A stretch of 64,000 nucleotides of DNA from Candidatus Pacearchaeota archaeon (GCA_016186365.1 JACPLT010000006.1:12049-76048), one strand, 5' to 3'; positions 1 to 8,587 are shown, counted from the stretch's first letter. The notes: a model not told the origin generated them from the letters alone. Translations and numbers: made by a program.

Positions 1-81
1 TAATCGTATTTCTTTTCCTATCTATCAAGGAAAAAATTTCCGAAAATTTATTTCCCTTGATATAAATATGAAAAATAAAAA

Positions 82-405
82 TTATGCTGCAATTTCTTGA
101 TAAGTTTCTTCTGAACCTTTTATTAAATTCCAGTCTAATTTTATTAATTGCTGAACAGCAGGATTTTTTGTGTTTAATTTGAATAAATCTGATTTACCTA
201 CTCTTCTTGTTTTTATTACAATTTTATTTCTTACTAATTTATCCCAGAATATTTGAAGAGTTGAGTAGCTTACTCCGGAATTTTTTGCTATTTCTGTTAG
301 GGGATAGTCAAATAATTGAAATGTTATAAGAAAGTCTAGTACTTTGATTATTGGATTACTCCCAAATACTTCTGTAAATATTGTTTCGTTTTCCATACAT
401 CTCAT
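82..405 (-). CDS. winged-helix transcriptional regulator (family unassigned)
   Basis: 107-aa ORF. HTH-like segment YPLTEIAKNSGVSYSTLQIFWDKLVRNKIV is followed by a wing-like IKTRRVGKSDLFKLN. Assigned by eye. Confidence 0.55.
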   Translation of the reverse strand: MRCMENETIFTEVFGSNPIIKVLDFLITFQLFDYPLTEIAKNSGVSYSTLQIFWDKLVRNKIVIKTRRVGKSDLFKLNTKNPAVQQLIKLDWNLIKGSEETYQEIAA

Positions 406-493
406 TGTTGAATGTAGTTTATAAATGTTTCTATCTATGTTTTTATATTACAATAATAGAAACATTTAAATATATGCGTTTATTTCTTTTTCT

Positions 494-772
494 ATGGATT
501 TTCAAAATGAGGCGTGGATAAAAGCAACTATCCTTTATCATTTAAGAAGAAAGAGAGTTATTGGGGCTAAGCATACTCATTATGACACTTTGAAATTTGG
601 ATTTCCTTCGCATCTTGGAAAAGATATAAAAAAAATTGCGGATGAATTAATCAAGCAGGGATTTATCGTGGTCAAATCAACTTCTTATGGTTTGCAAGTT
701 TCTTTAAATAAAGACAAACTAAGAGAGATTGAAGACTTTATCAAGAAAGTTTTGGGATATGATTTTCAGTAA
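494..772 (+). CDS. small hypothetical protein (possible wHTH)
   Basis: 92-aa ORF divergent from 82..405. No diagnostic motif recognised. Confidence 0.4.
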   Translation: MDFQNEAWIKATILYHLRRKRVIGAKHTHYDTLKFGFPSHLGKDIKKIADELIKQGFIVVKSTSYGLQVSLNKDKLREIEDFIKKVLGYDFQ

Positions 773-797
773 AAGCTTGTTCTGGAGTTGAATAATG

Positions 798-805
798 TTT
801 AAATA
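798..805 (+). promoter_or_regulatory. putative archaeal TATA box for tRNA-Arg(UCU)
   Basis: TTTAAATA is centred about 27 nt upstream of tRNA position 1 (829). Confidence 0.4.
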
Positions 806-828
806 TGCTGAATATTTCTTAATTATAT

Positions 829-939
829 GCACCGGTGGCACAATGGTACTGCGTCCGATTTCTAGTTAATCTAGAGAAGACGAACCTGCAGAATTGTGCG
901 GCAAGCGGATTTTCAGGAGTTCGATTCTCCTCCGGTGCT
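829..939 (+). tRNA. tRNA-Arg(UCU) with 39-nt intron at canonical 37/38 position (intron 865..903)
   Basis: Acceptor GCACCGG/CCGGTGC. T-arm AGGAG-TTCGATT-CTCCT. Anticodon stem TCCGA/GCGGA (31-39 A.G mismatch). Loop after splicing TTTCTAA. Anticodon-region TCTAG pairs with intron CTAGA, as in BHB-type precursors. Mature length 72 nt. Confidence 0.8.
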
Positions 940-1052
940 TTTCTGTTTTTTATTTTTGCTTTTTCCTGTAGATATTGCTATTTTTGTTCTTTATGGTGTA
1001 ACTATTAAGTAGTTACAAATAGAAAGGTTTATAAAGCCAGAATATTGGAATT

Positions 1053-1232
1053 ATGTATAAGGGATACATAAAAATGACAAATAAAGAGCAATATGTTATA
1101 ACAAAGAGAATAGCCAAGCATGGCAGTCAGGCGATTATAGTTGTACCTAGAATTCTTGAGGATAAATTGAAACCTGGAATGGTTGTTCAGTTGAATATTG
1201 AGATAATTGAGGGAGGGAAAGATGGCAGTTGA
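1053..1232 (+). CDS. small AbrB/SpoVT-type (looped-hinge helix) DNA-binding protein
   Basis: Hand-translated 59-aa ORF, below the track cutoff: MYKGYIKMTNKEQYVITKRIAKHGSQAIIVVPRILEDKLKPGMVVQLNIEIIEGGKDGS. The pattern 'IVVPRxLxxxLKPGxxV' is typical of the AbrB/MazE fold. Its stop overlaps the kinase ATG at 1222. Confidence 0.55.
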   Translation: MYKGYIKMTNKEQYVITKRIAKHGSQAIIVVPRILEDKLKPGMVVQLNIEIIEGGKDGS

Positions 1233-3441
1233 AGAGAGAGTTGCTGAGGAAATTATTGAAAATGTCTTTGTAGGGGAGGGAGAGAAGAAACAGCCTTTAA
1301 AAAAACTAATTGCCGAAACTCTCGGAGACAAATATTCAAATCTAAGGCTAGTTAATCATGGGGCGCAATCTTACATATTTGAAGCAGAGTGGGGTCCTGC
1401 TGGGGAGACAAGAATAATTAAGGTTGATAGACCTATTTTAGAAGGTCTTAGAGCTAAGAGATATGCTGAAAGAGGATGCAATAATAGAAATGGTGTTATG
1501 CATCTTGCTAATTTGCCAGAAGCTAGCGAACATCATATAGTTGGATTAATAGATTTTGATGATTTGCAAAAAGATTATGGAATTACAATTTCAGTTCATC
1601 CTAGGATTAGTGGAGAAACTTTAGATGAAAGAATTTCTAGAGGTGAAACTCTAAACTTAAAATCTGTTAAAAAAGTATTTTCTGATGTTATTGATGGAAT
1701 GAGGCATTATATTGAGAGAGGACAATTGCATAGAGACTTGAATCCATCAAATATTATGATTCGGGCAGAGAAAGATAATCTTTCTGGAATTATACTTGAT
1801 TTTGAAAATGCGGGAGATAAATCTCAATTAACTGCTAAAGTGCTTCCAACTGCGGGCAATAGATGGATCACAGACCCCTTACTTAATTTTTCTGGAGAAG
1901 AAAGAGCTTATTCTGAGAAGTCTGAAATTTATTCGCTAGCTGATGATATTTATTTTTCAATTACTGGAAAACATGTTTTTGAGGTAGATCCTGATTCCAG
2001 GATATTAAAAGATAATCTTACTGGAGAGTCTGTTTTAGGCTCGAAGGGGATTATTGATCAGAAAAAAAGCAAGAAATTGCTGAAAAATTCAATTAAGCAA
2101 CTTCCTAGAGGTTTTAGAAGATTGGGGAAAGTTTTAAGAAAAGCTTTGAACTTTGATGAGACAGAAAGATATGCTTCTTTGGAAGATTTCGCAAAAGAAT
2201 TTGAAGAAGCAACAGAACCCGGATTAGTCTCCAGGTTTTTTTCTCATATCAAAAAGCCGATTTTTTTTGTTCCACTTATTGCAGGAATTGGAGTAATGGC
2301 TGCTTTTGGTGAGAGATTTTATGAAAAACAAATTAAAAAGAGAGATATACAATTGGCTACTGCTGTAGAAAATGCAAGCAAGCATAGAGTAGTCTCTGCT
2401 TGGCCTCCAGCAACCTTAGAATTGGAAAATAATCTTATTGATTTAAGACTCTATATAAGGAAAAAAAAGGGTTTTGAGCAATTATATTCTGATTTGGTAG
2501 ATGGGTATTCATCATCAAACACTCCAGCTTATATAAAAGCAAAAAAAGGAGAGGTTTTGCAGGTTATTCCTAGGGCATTCGCATTACCTTGGCCGAGAAA
2601 AGATTATTCTGTGCTCCCCGCTTTTCCTGTTAGAGCTTATATTGAAGGATTTAAAGGAGATAATAAAAATGGTTACTGCGGCGTGGAGTCTAAAGGGGGA
2701 GATTATTGGAGTTACGAAGGTTATTACATGCCTCCTGAATTAGAATTAAAGATTCCTGATAACACTCCTTCAGGGGTTTATCATTTAGTTGTTGAATTAG
2801 ATGCTCTTAATGATGATGAAAAAGAAAGAGCAGACAAAAATGGTCACCCTGTTATTAATGAAATTTTATTTGAAAAACCTGGAAGGGCTATTAGTGTCAG
2901 AAGAATTCCTATCCTAGTTGGAAATGTTAAAACTCCAGTAAGATTAGGAACGGCTTCAATTAATTACAATATGCATACTCTTGCCTTTAAGCATGCTGAA
3001 ACCAGAGAAAAAATCCTGCCACAAGGAATTATATATGAATTTTATGTTCCTGAATTAGGTTACAGTGAAAAATTTAACAAACGTACGGAATGGTCAAATT
3101 CAGACTTTTATTCTTTTTCATTGCCCAGAACAAATAAATCAGAAGAAGCTACACTGCAAGTTGTTATTAAAGATAGGTATAATGAGATAGTAGGATGTGA
3201 ATTCTTTCCAATTTCTACAAGAAATATTGGCAACGATATTTATTGTTGGGAACTTGAAGCGCCTAACAGAGAATTTTATGATAAAGCTGCAGGATATAGA
3301 ACACAAACTTTTGAAAGGCATAAAAATAGACCAATATCAACAAAAGCGTATGATAAGATAAAAGGGTTCAGAAAGGATATGGGATTTAGAATAGAAGAAA
3401 TGAAAAGAAATCAGATTATTAAATCTACAAAGAGAAATTAA
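1222..3441 (+). CDS. membrane-anchored eukaryotic-like Ser/Thr protein kinase with large C-terminal extracytoplasmic domain
   Basis: Catalytic loop HRDLNPSNIMI, DFG-like ILDFENAG, lysine motif RIIKVD. One TM helix IFFVPLIAGIGVMAAFG lies mid-protein, followed by an unassigned domain of about 380 aa. ATG 1222 is preferred to the track TTG 1207. Confidence 0.8.
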   Translation: MAVEERVAEEIIENVFVGEGEKKQPLKKLIAETLGDKYSNLRLVNHGAQSYIFEAEWGPAGETRIIKVDRPILEGLRAKRYAERGCNNRNGVMHLANLPEASEHHIVGLIDFDDLQKDYGITISVHPRISGETLDERISRGETLNLKSVKKVFSDVIDGMRHYIERGQLHRDLNPSNIMIRAEKDNLSGIILDFENAGDKSQLTAKVLPTAGNRWITDPLLNFSGEERAYSEKSEIYSLADDIYFSITGKHVFEVDPDSRILKDNLTGESVLGSKGIIDQKKSKKLLKNSIKQLPRGFRRLGKVLRKALNFDETERYASLEDFAKEFEEATEPGLVSRFFSHIKKPIFFVPLIAGIGVMAAFGERFYEKQIKKRDIQLATAVENASKHRVVSAWPPATLELENNLIDLRLYIRKKKGFEQLYSDLVDGYSSSNTPAYIKAKKGEVLQVIPRAFALPWPRKDYSVLPAFPVRAYIEGFKGDNKNGYCGVESKGGDYWSYEGYYMPPELELKIPDNTPSGVYHLVVELDALNDDEKERADKNGHPVINEILFEKPGRAISVRRIPILVGNVKTPVRLGTASINYNMHTLAFKHAETREKILPQGIIYEFYVPELGYSEKFNKRTEWSNSDFYSFSLPRTNKSEEATLQVVIKDRYNEIVGCEFFPISTRNIGNDIYCWELEAPNREFYDKAAGYRTQTFERHKNRPISTKAYDKIKGFRKDMGFRIEEMKRNQIIKSTKRN

Positions 3442-3442
3442 T

Positions 3443-4312
3443 CTACAGCTTGCTTACTAATAGATAATTATTCATTTTGATTGTTGTTTCTATTATCCCT
3501 GAAATATAAAAATCAATATTGTCCTTATTTTTCATTTTTGATTTTATTAATTCATATTCCTTTGCAAAATCTATTGTTTTTTCTTTATTAAAACTAAAAA
3601 ATAATTCTCTAAATAAACTGAGAAATTCTTTTGTTTCTGAAATAAGCGCTATTTGGGGTTTTGATGGCTTTATTCTCGAGCTTGAGGCCAGTTTTTTATA
3701 TAAGTCTCCTATCTCCTCAAGAGAAGTTATTATCCCATAGATTTGAGAGGTTTTTTCAAATTCCTTATACCCCTGCTTGTTAAGTATTCTTAAGGAAAAA
3801 TTCACAAATTTATTAATTGATGTATCTATATCAACTATGGGCTCTAGAGACTGATTTTTTTCTAATGCTTCTATTAACTCTTGAGCCATTGAGTCTAATA
3901 TTAAAAATATTCTTTGAATTAATTCATCTAAATCTTGATTTTTTGTTCCAGTTATATCTTTAATAATTAAACTTTTCTGGCTTTGTTTTATTATTTCAAA
4001 TCCCAGCAATTCATTAATTACCCTTTTTTGGAAATCTTTTATTTCTTCTTTGTTGGAAAAATTAACTTCTAATTCGTCTATCCCCTTAATGTATAAAGAC
4101 ATTAATATCCTGTTAATTAATGGGTAGCAATTAGAGATATTTATAGTTTGTCTTGTTTTTTCCTCTCTCTTAATGTTAGAAATTTCTATTTTATTTTCCT
4201 TCTCAATCATATCAACTTCGTCGCCCTTGCCGAGCTTGTTATTCTTTATCCATTTGCTCGGCAAAGAAATCATCATTGTTGCTGCGCCCTGCTTTACCAG
4301 TTTTCTTTTCAT
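3443..4312 (-). CDS. PhoU-like regulator with N-terminal AbrB/SpoVT domain
   Basis: N-terminus MKRKLVKQGAATMMISLPSKWIKNNKLGKGDEVDM is AbrB-like. The helical remainder matches the archaeal AbrB-PhoU architecture. Confidence 0.7.
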   Translation of the reverse strand: MKRKLVKQGAATMMISLPSKWIKNNKLGKGDEVDMIEKENKIEISNIKREEKTRQTINISNCYPLINRILMSLYIKGIDELEVNFSNKEEIKDFQKRVINELLGFEIIKQSQKSLIIKDITGTKNQDLDELIQRIFLILDSMAQELIEALEKNQSLEPIVDIDTSINKFVNFSLRILNKQGYKEFEKTSQIYGIITSLEEIGDLYKKLASSSRIKPSKPQIALISETKEFLSLFRELFFSFNKEKTIDFAKEYELIKSKMKNKDNIDFYISGIIETTIKMNNYLLVSKL

Positions 4313-4451
4313 GATTATCCTAATTTTAGGTGATATTTAAACTTTTCTAAAATATATATAGATTTAAACTAATATATATAGTTTAATAAAAAAGTTTAAA
4401 TCTGCTCTTTCTTAGTTGTTTTAACTAAATAGTAGTTAAATAACAACGAAA

Positions 4452-5627
4452 ATGAAAACAAAAAAACTTTCAATAATAAAAACAGCAATAGCTGCTGCAG
4501 CAAGCGCTGCAACAAGCTTAATCGGAGCGGGAATAGCTGCTGCAGATGAGCCTGCTATAAAGATAGGACCGGTTCCACAGGCAGTAAGGCTAAGAGATGA
4601 GCATACAAGAAATCTAGTGACTGATATTGACTCAAATAAAGCAACACTTGGAGTAGCTGGAGATAATGGAGAATTTTTGAGAGTATATAATTTTCTTGGA
4701 GACGGAAAGGGAAATGATTATACTGCTATGGGATTTGCTCCTTGGATTAAGTTCGGAGGATTAGAAGCAAGCGTTAATATGTTTGGAGTAGCTGGAGGCA
4801 AAGAAGGAATTGGAACTGAAACTAAGTTTAGTATTAAACCTTGCACTCTTTTCTTGAATTATGAAGAAAGCATGATTAAAGGAGATAATCCAACAAGAAT
4901 AGGCGGAGCTTTAGACACAAAAATAGAGAACACTACATTTGGATTTGGATTTGACCAGACAAATTCTCCTGTAATTAGAAATGCTTTGAATTTTAAGGTT
5001 TTTAGCGATGTAACTGGAAATGATCAGTTAGGAGCAGCTTATAACAGAATAGATAATCCTGAAATGAATAGTGTAGCAGCTTACTGGCTGCATCATAATA
5101 AAGATAATGCTAAATGGGGAACAAGAACATGGGGAAAATTTGATTGGAGTAATGAATCAGATTGTAAGGCACTTACATTGGATAGTATCTGGGCTCAAAA
5201 TCCCACTATGCCTAGTGTTTGTGGAGATTTTATTGTTGATAGAGGAAGCTTGAATGGAGGAATGTACAACAGAGGAGTTGTAATGAATCCTCTGCAAGTG
5301 GAAAGGTTTCCTTTAATAGCTAGAACTAAAAACGGATTTGCAGGAGAGATTAAATTTTTTGCAACAGATAAAGCAGGAATTTTAACCAGCTCTGTTTTTG
5401 GAGAGCTCGCATATAGATTTCCTCTTCCTGAAATCTTTGAACAGAAAACTTTGCTTGGATTTTCAATTAGCGACCAGTACAGCCTTGAGCCAAGACAAAA
5501 TGTAGTCGGCGGAAGCATGCTTTTGGATGTTGGAAATTTCAGGCTGGAAGTAAGCGGAAGGACAGGTACTTCTGGAAATAAGAAAGAAGAAATTTACGGA
5601 AGTGTGGGATATGCCTTTAAGTGGTAG
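4452..5627 (+). CDS. secreted beta-strand-rich protein, possible beta-barrel (porin-like)
   Basis: Signal peptide MKTKK + LSIIKTAIAAAASAATSLIGAGIAAA|DEP. Many short amphipathic/aromatic strands (TTFGFGFDQT, WGTRTWGKFDW, GNFRLEVSGRTG). The C-terminus is ...GSVGYAFKW. Confidence 0.6.
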   Translation: MKTKKLSIIKTAIAAAASAATSLIGAGIAAADEPAIKIGPVPQAVRLRDEHTRNLVTDIDSNKATLGVAGDNGEFLRVYNFLGDGKGNDYTAMGFAPWIKFGGLEASVNMFGVAGGKEGIGTETKFSIKPCTLFLNYEESMIKGDNPTRIGGALDTKIENTTFGFGFDQTNSPVIRNALNFKVFSDVTGNDQLGAAYNRIDNPEMNSVAAYWLHHNKDNAKWGTRTWGKFDWSNESDCKALTLDSIWAQNPTMPSVCGDFIVDRGSLNGGMYNRGVVMNPLQVERFPLIARTKNGFAGEIKFFATDKAGILTSSVFGELAYRFPLPEIFEQKTLLGFSISDQYSLEPRQNVVGGSMLLDVGNFRLEVSGRTGTSGNKKEEIYGSVGYAFKW

Positions 5628-5636
5628 AAGTGAAAA

Positions 5637-6388
5637 ATGAGCAGTGAAAAAACTAGAGAAGAATATGACAAAATTGCGCAGGGATATTCTAATTCCTCGA
5701 AGATTTTAACAAGCAATTGTATTCTTTATCCGACTCTTTTGAAAACATTAGGCGATGTTTCTGGATTGGATATAGCTGATTTGGGACTACAAGATTGATT
5801 GCTGAACAAAAGCCCAGAAGGATAATTGGGATAGATATTTCTGAAAAAATGCTTGAAATTGCGAGAGCAGAAGAAGAAAAAAGAAAGCAAGGAATAGAAT
5901 ACTATCAAGGAGATGTTTCTGAAACAGATTTAACTCAATTTGGAAAATTTGATTTGGCAACAGGATGTTTCTTGCTTCATTATTCCAGTTCTAGGGAAAT
6001 GCTGGAAAATATGCTTGATAATATAAATAGTCTACTAAAATCAAGAGGAAGATTTGTTGGAATAAATATTAATCCTGAACTAACCCCTAATTGGCAGAAT
6101 TATCAGCATAGATATATTTTTCCAAAAAGAGAGGAGGGTGCAAGATTAGGAATAGAATTATTTTCTTCAGAAGGAATAAAATTTGCAGAATTTACAGCTT
6201 TTTATTGGGGAAGAAAAACTTATGAAGAAGCATTCAAGAAAGCGGGGTTTGTTTGTTCTTGGATTCCATTAGAAGTTTCTCAAGAGGGAAAAGAACAATG
6301 TGGCGAGCATTATTTTGATGCTTATTTAGCTAATCCTAGCTGTCTTATTCTTGAATTAAAAAAAATAAAAATTAAAAAGTTAGATTAA
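5637..6388 (+). pseudogene. class I SAM-dependent methyltransferase, frameshifted/deleted in motif I
   Basis: ATG 5637 reads MSSEKTREEYDKIAQGY...VSGLDIADLGLQD then TGA at 5796-5798. The rest (LIAEQKPRRIIGIDISEKMLEIARA...) continues in another frame from 5795. The expected DLGCGxG glycine loop is missing at the junction. Confidence 0.5.
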
Positions 6389-6559
6389 TTATTTCTTGCC
6401 TGAGTAATTCCTCATCAGCTTGCCTATACCTACTATTAAGACAGCCAGAGCAATAACCCATTGCACCCAAACTTGAGTCATGCTAAGTGCGTCTACAAGC
6501 AATCCTAACACTAACAATACTCCTATAAGAGTTACAAGCCAGGCAGTTAATTTTGCCAT
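6389..6559 (-). CDS. small two-TM membrane protein
   Basis: MAKLTAWLVTLIGVLLVLGLLVDAL... is preceded by GGAGGTG 5 nt upstream. This internal ATG is preferred to the track start 6637. Confidence 0.55.
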   Translation of the reverse strand: MAKLTAWLVTLIGVLLVLGLLVDALSMTQVWVQWVIALAVLIVGIGKLMRNYSGKK

Positions 6560-6620
6560 TTTTACACCTCCTTTGATTGTTTTATATAAGGAATTTAAGC
6601 TTAAATAGTTTTCTTTTTTA

Positions 6621-6935
6621 TTAAGTCTATAATTCAACTTAACATCCTTCGTTTAGTTTCTAACTTATAATATAGCAGAAATTTGATTTTTCTCCCTCAA
6701 TAATAGGGGTGAATCAAGAAAACCTTTTAGAATAGATTGTAGGTTTTCTGGATGATCAGAAATGCCCAAAGCAAATAGCATTTCTGACACAAATAAAATT
6801 ATCTGTGAATCAAGAAAACCCTTTAGACTAGATTATGGGTTTTCTGGATGATCAGAAATGCATACGATAAATAGCATTTCTGACATAACAATTTTACGGG
6901 AGTTAGGGGATGTTAAGTTCTATAGTTTACTTAAC
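6621..6935. repeat. TIR-bounded MITE-like element, copy A (composite, carries nested tandem hairpin units)
   Basis: Left end TTAAGTCTATAATTCAACTTAACATCC and right end GGGGATGTTAAGTTCTATAGTTTACTTAA are inverted. Both are homologous to the ends of copies at 55118..55276 and 59711..59867. Confidence 0.6.
6710..6890. repeat. tandem duplication (period 96 bp) of a double-hairpin unit
   Basis: The unit TGAATCAAGAAAACCyTTTAGAmTAGATTrTrGGTTTTCTGGATGATCAGAAATGC-n12-GCATTTCTGACA occurs twice, with unit starts at 6710 and 6806. Confidence 0.85.
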
Positions 6936-7079
6936 ATTTTTCCTATTAAGCGGAAATAAACTGGTATACCTGGCAATAATTTATTTTCATTGATAATATG
7001 TTTTTGAATGATAGGAAATTTCTTAATTGTTAATCATAGGCATAGTAATGTTTATTAAATGCAGATTTTTATCTATGTT

Positions 7080-8579
7080 ATGGCAAAAGAAGAAAAGAAG
7101 GAGCAGGAAAAAATAAGCATTGATGAACTTGCAGCGTTCTGCAAGAGAAAGGGATTTGTTTTTAGGTCAAGCGAGATTTATGGAGGTTTGGCAGGTTTCT
7201 GGGATTTTGGAAGTATTGGAGCAGAGTTATTTAATAATATCAAGCAGAGCTGGTGGAATTATTTTGTTCATCAAAAAGAGAATATGGTTGGAATTGAAGC
7301 TTCTATTATAAGTCATCCAAGAACATGGAAAGCTTCGGGGCATATTGCCAGTTTTTCAGATGTGGCTGTAAAATGCAAGAAGTGCAAGAAATCTCTCAAG
7401 ATTGATAAAAGCGAAGTTGGAAAGGTAAAGTGCGATTGCGGGGGAGAGTATGAAATTCAGGGGGAGTTTAATTTATTATTTAAAACAAGTATTGGTGCTC
7501 TGAATCCTGTTGAAGCTTATCTTAGAGGGGAGACTGCCCAGGGAATGTTTTTAGATTTTAAACAGGTTTATGAAACTGCAAGGAAACCGCTTCCATTTGG
7601 AATTGCCCAGATAGGAAGATGTTTTAGAAATGAAATTGCTCCGAGAGATTTTTTATTCAGAAGCAGGGAGTTTACAATTGGAGAGTTTGAATTTTTTATT
7701 CATCCTGAAGAGAAAAAATGCGAGCTGCTTGACAAAAAACATCTGGATGTTGAAGTAAAGCTGTTGGAGAAAGAGACACAAGTTTCTGGAAAGAAGGATT
7801 TGAAGAAAACTACAATTGGAAAAATGCTGAAAGAGGGAAGGCTGGAAGAATGGCATGCTTATTGGCTTGCAGAACAGATTTTATGGTATAAAGAGCTGGG
7901 AATTGATATGAATAAAATAAAAATAAGGGAGCATACTAAAGATGAACTTTCTCATTATTCTTCTGCTACTTTTGATGTTGATTTTGAATATCCGTTTGGA
8001 AGCGTGGAATTGGGGGGGAATGCTAACAGAGGGCAGTATGATTTAACACAGCATTTAAAAGAGAGCGGAGAGAAGCTGGAAGTATTTGATGAAAAAAGCA
8101 AAAAGAAAGTTATTCCACGAGTGATTGAGCCGACATTTGGAATGGAAAGAATATTCTTAGCAATATTAAGCCAGGCTTATGAGTATGATAAGAAAAGAGA
8201 AAATATTGTTTTGCATATTCCTAAGAAGCTGGCTCCGTATAAAGCTGGAATTTTTCCTTTGATTAATGATGATAAGATGATTAAGCTGGCTAGGGATATT
8301 TTTAAGGATTTAATTAAAGAATTTTATGTTGTTTATGATTCTGGCGGAAGTGTTGGAAGAAGGTATTCTCGCCAGGATGAAATTGGGACGCCTTTTTGTA
8401 TTACTATAGATGGGGATAGTTTGAAAGATAATGCAGTTACTATAAGAGAGAGGGATAGCACTCATCAGATTAGAGTTAAAATTAAGGATTTGAAAGAGAT
8501 TTTGGGGAAATTAATTAATTCTGAGATTGAGTTTGATAAAGCAGGGAAGAAAGTTGATACGAGGGTTAAGGAGAATTAA
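7080..8579 (+). CDS. glyS: glycyl-tRNA synthetase (archaeal/eukaryotic-type class II)
   Basis: FVFRSSEIYGGLAGFWDFG, RGETAQGMF, FRNEIAPRDFLFRSREF, PRVIEPTFGMERI. ATG 7080 (MAKEEKK) is preferred. Confidence 0.9.
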   Translation: MAKEEKKEQEKISIDELAAFCKRKGFVFRSSEIYGGLAGFWDFGSIGAELFNNIKQSWWNYFVHQKENMVGIEASIISHPRTWKASGHIASFSDVAVKCKKCKKSLKIDKSEVGKVKCDCGGEYEIQGEFNLLFKTSIGALNPVEAYLRGETAQGMFLDFKQVYETARKPLPFGIAQIGRCFRNEIAPRDFLFRSREFTIGEFEFFIHPEEKKCELLDKKHLDVEVKLLEKETQVSGKKDLKKTTIGKMLKEGRLEEWHAYWLAEQILWYKELGIDMNKIKIREHTKDELSHYSSATFDVDFEYPFGSVELGGNANRGQYDLTQHLKESGEKLEVFDEKSKKKVIPRVIEPTFGMERIFLAILSQAYEYDKKRENIVLHIPKKLAPYKAGIFPLINDDKMIKLARDIFKDLIKEFYVVYDSGGSVGRRYSRQDEIGTPFCITIDGDSLKDNAVTIRERDSTHQIRVKIKDLKEILGKLINSEIEFDKAGKKVDTRVKEN

Positions 8580-8587
8580 CTATTTTA

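Noticed and set aside
1029-1331. 100-aa minus-strand ORF across the AbrB/kinase start region
   Set aside because: It is antisense to two better-supported plus-strand genes. Its sequence is low-complexity and it has no motif. It is a typical shadow ORF.
6748-6790. C/D-box sRNA reading of GGATGATCAG...CTGA
   Set aside because: The putative C box is TGATCA, not TGATGA (TGCTCA in other copies). There are no C'/D' boxes, and the sequence is fully explained as a long bulged hairpin.
6710-6890. Possible CRISPR array
   Set aside because: There are only two copies, directly adjacent, of a 96-bp unit. There is no short-repeat/unique-spacer alternation and no cas genes in the window.
7059-8579. Inteins, split genes or recoding in the aaRS genes
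   Set aside because: GlyRS, ProRS, AlaRS, LeuRS and GatB/D/E read through as single uninterrupted frames. No intein blocks or in-frame stops were seen. The only large insertion, in LeuRS, carries a Nudix box rather than intein motifs.
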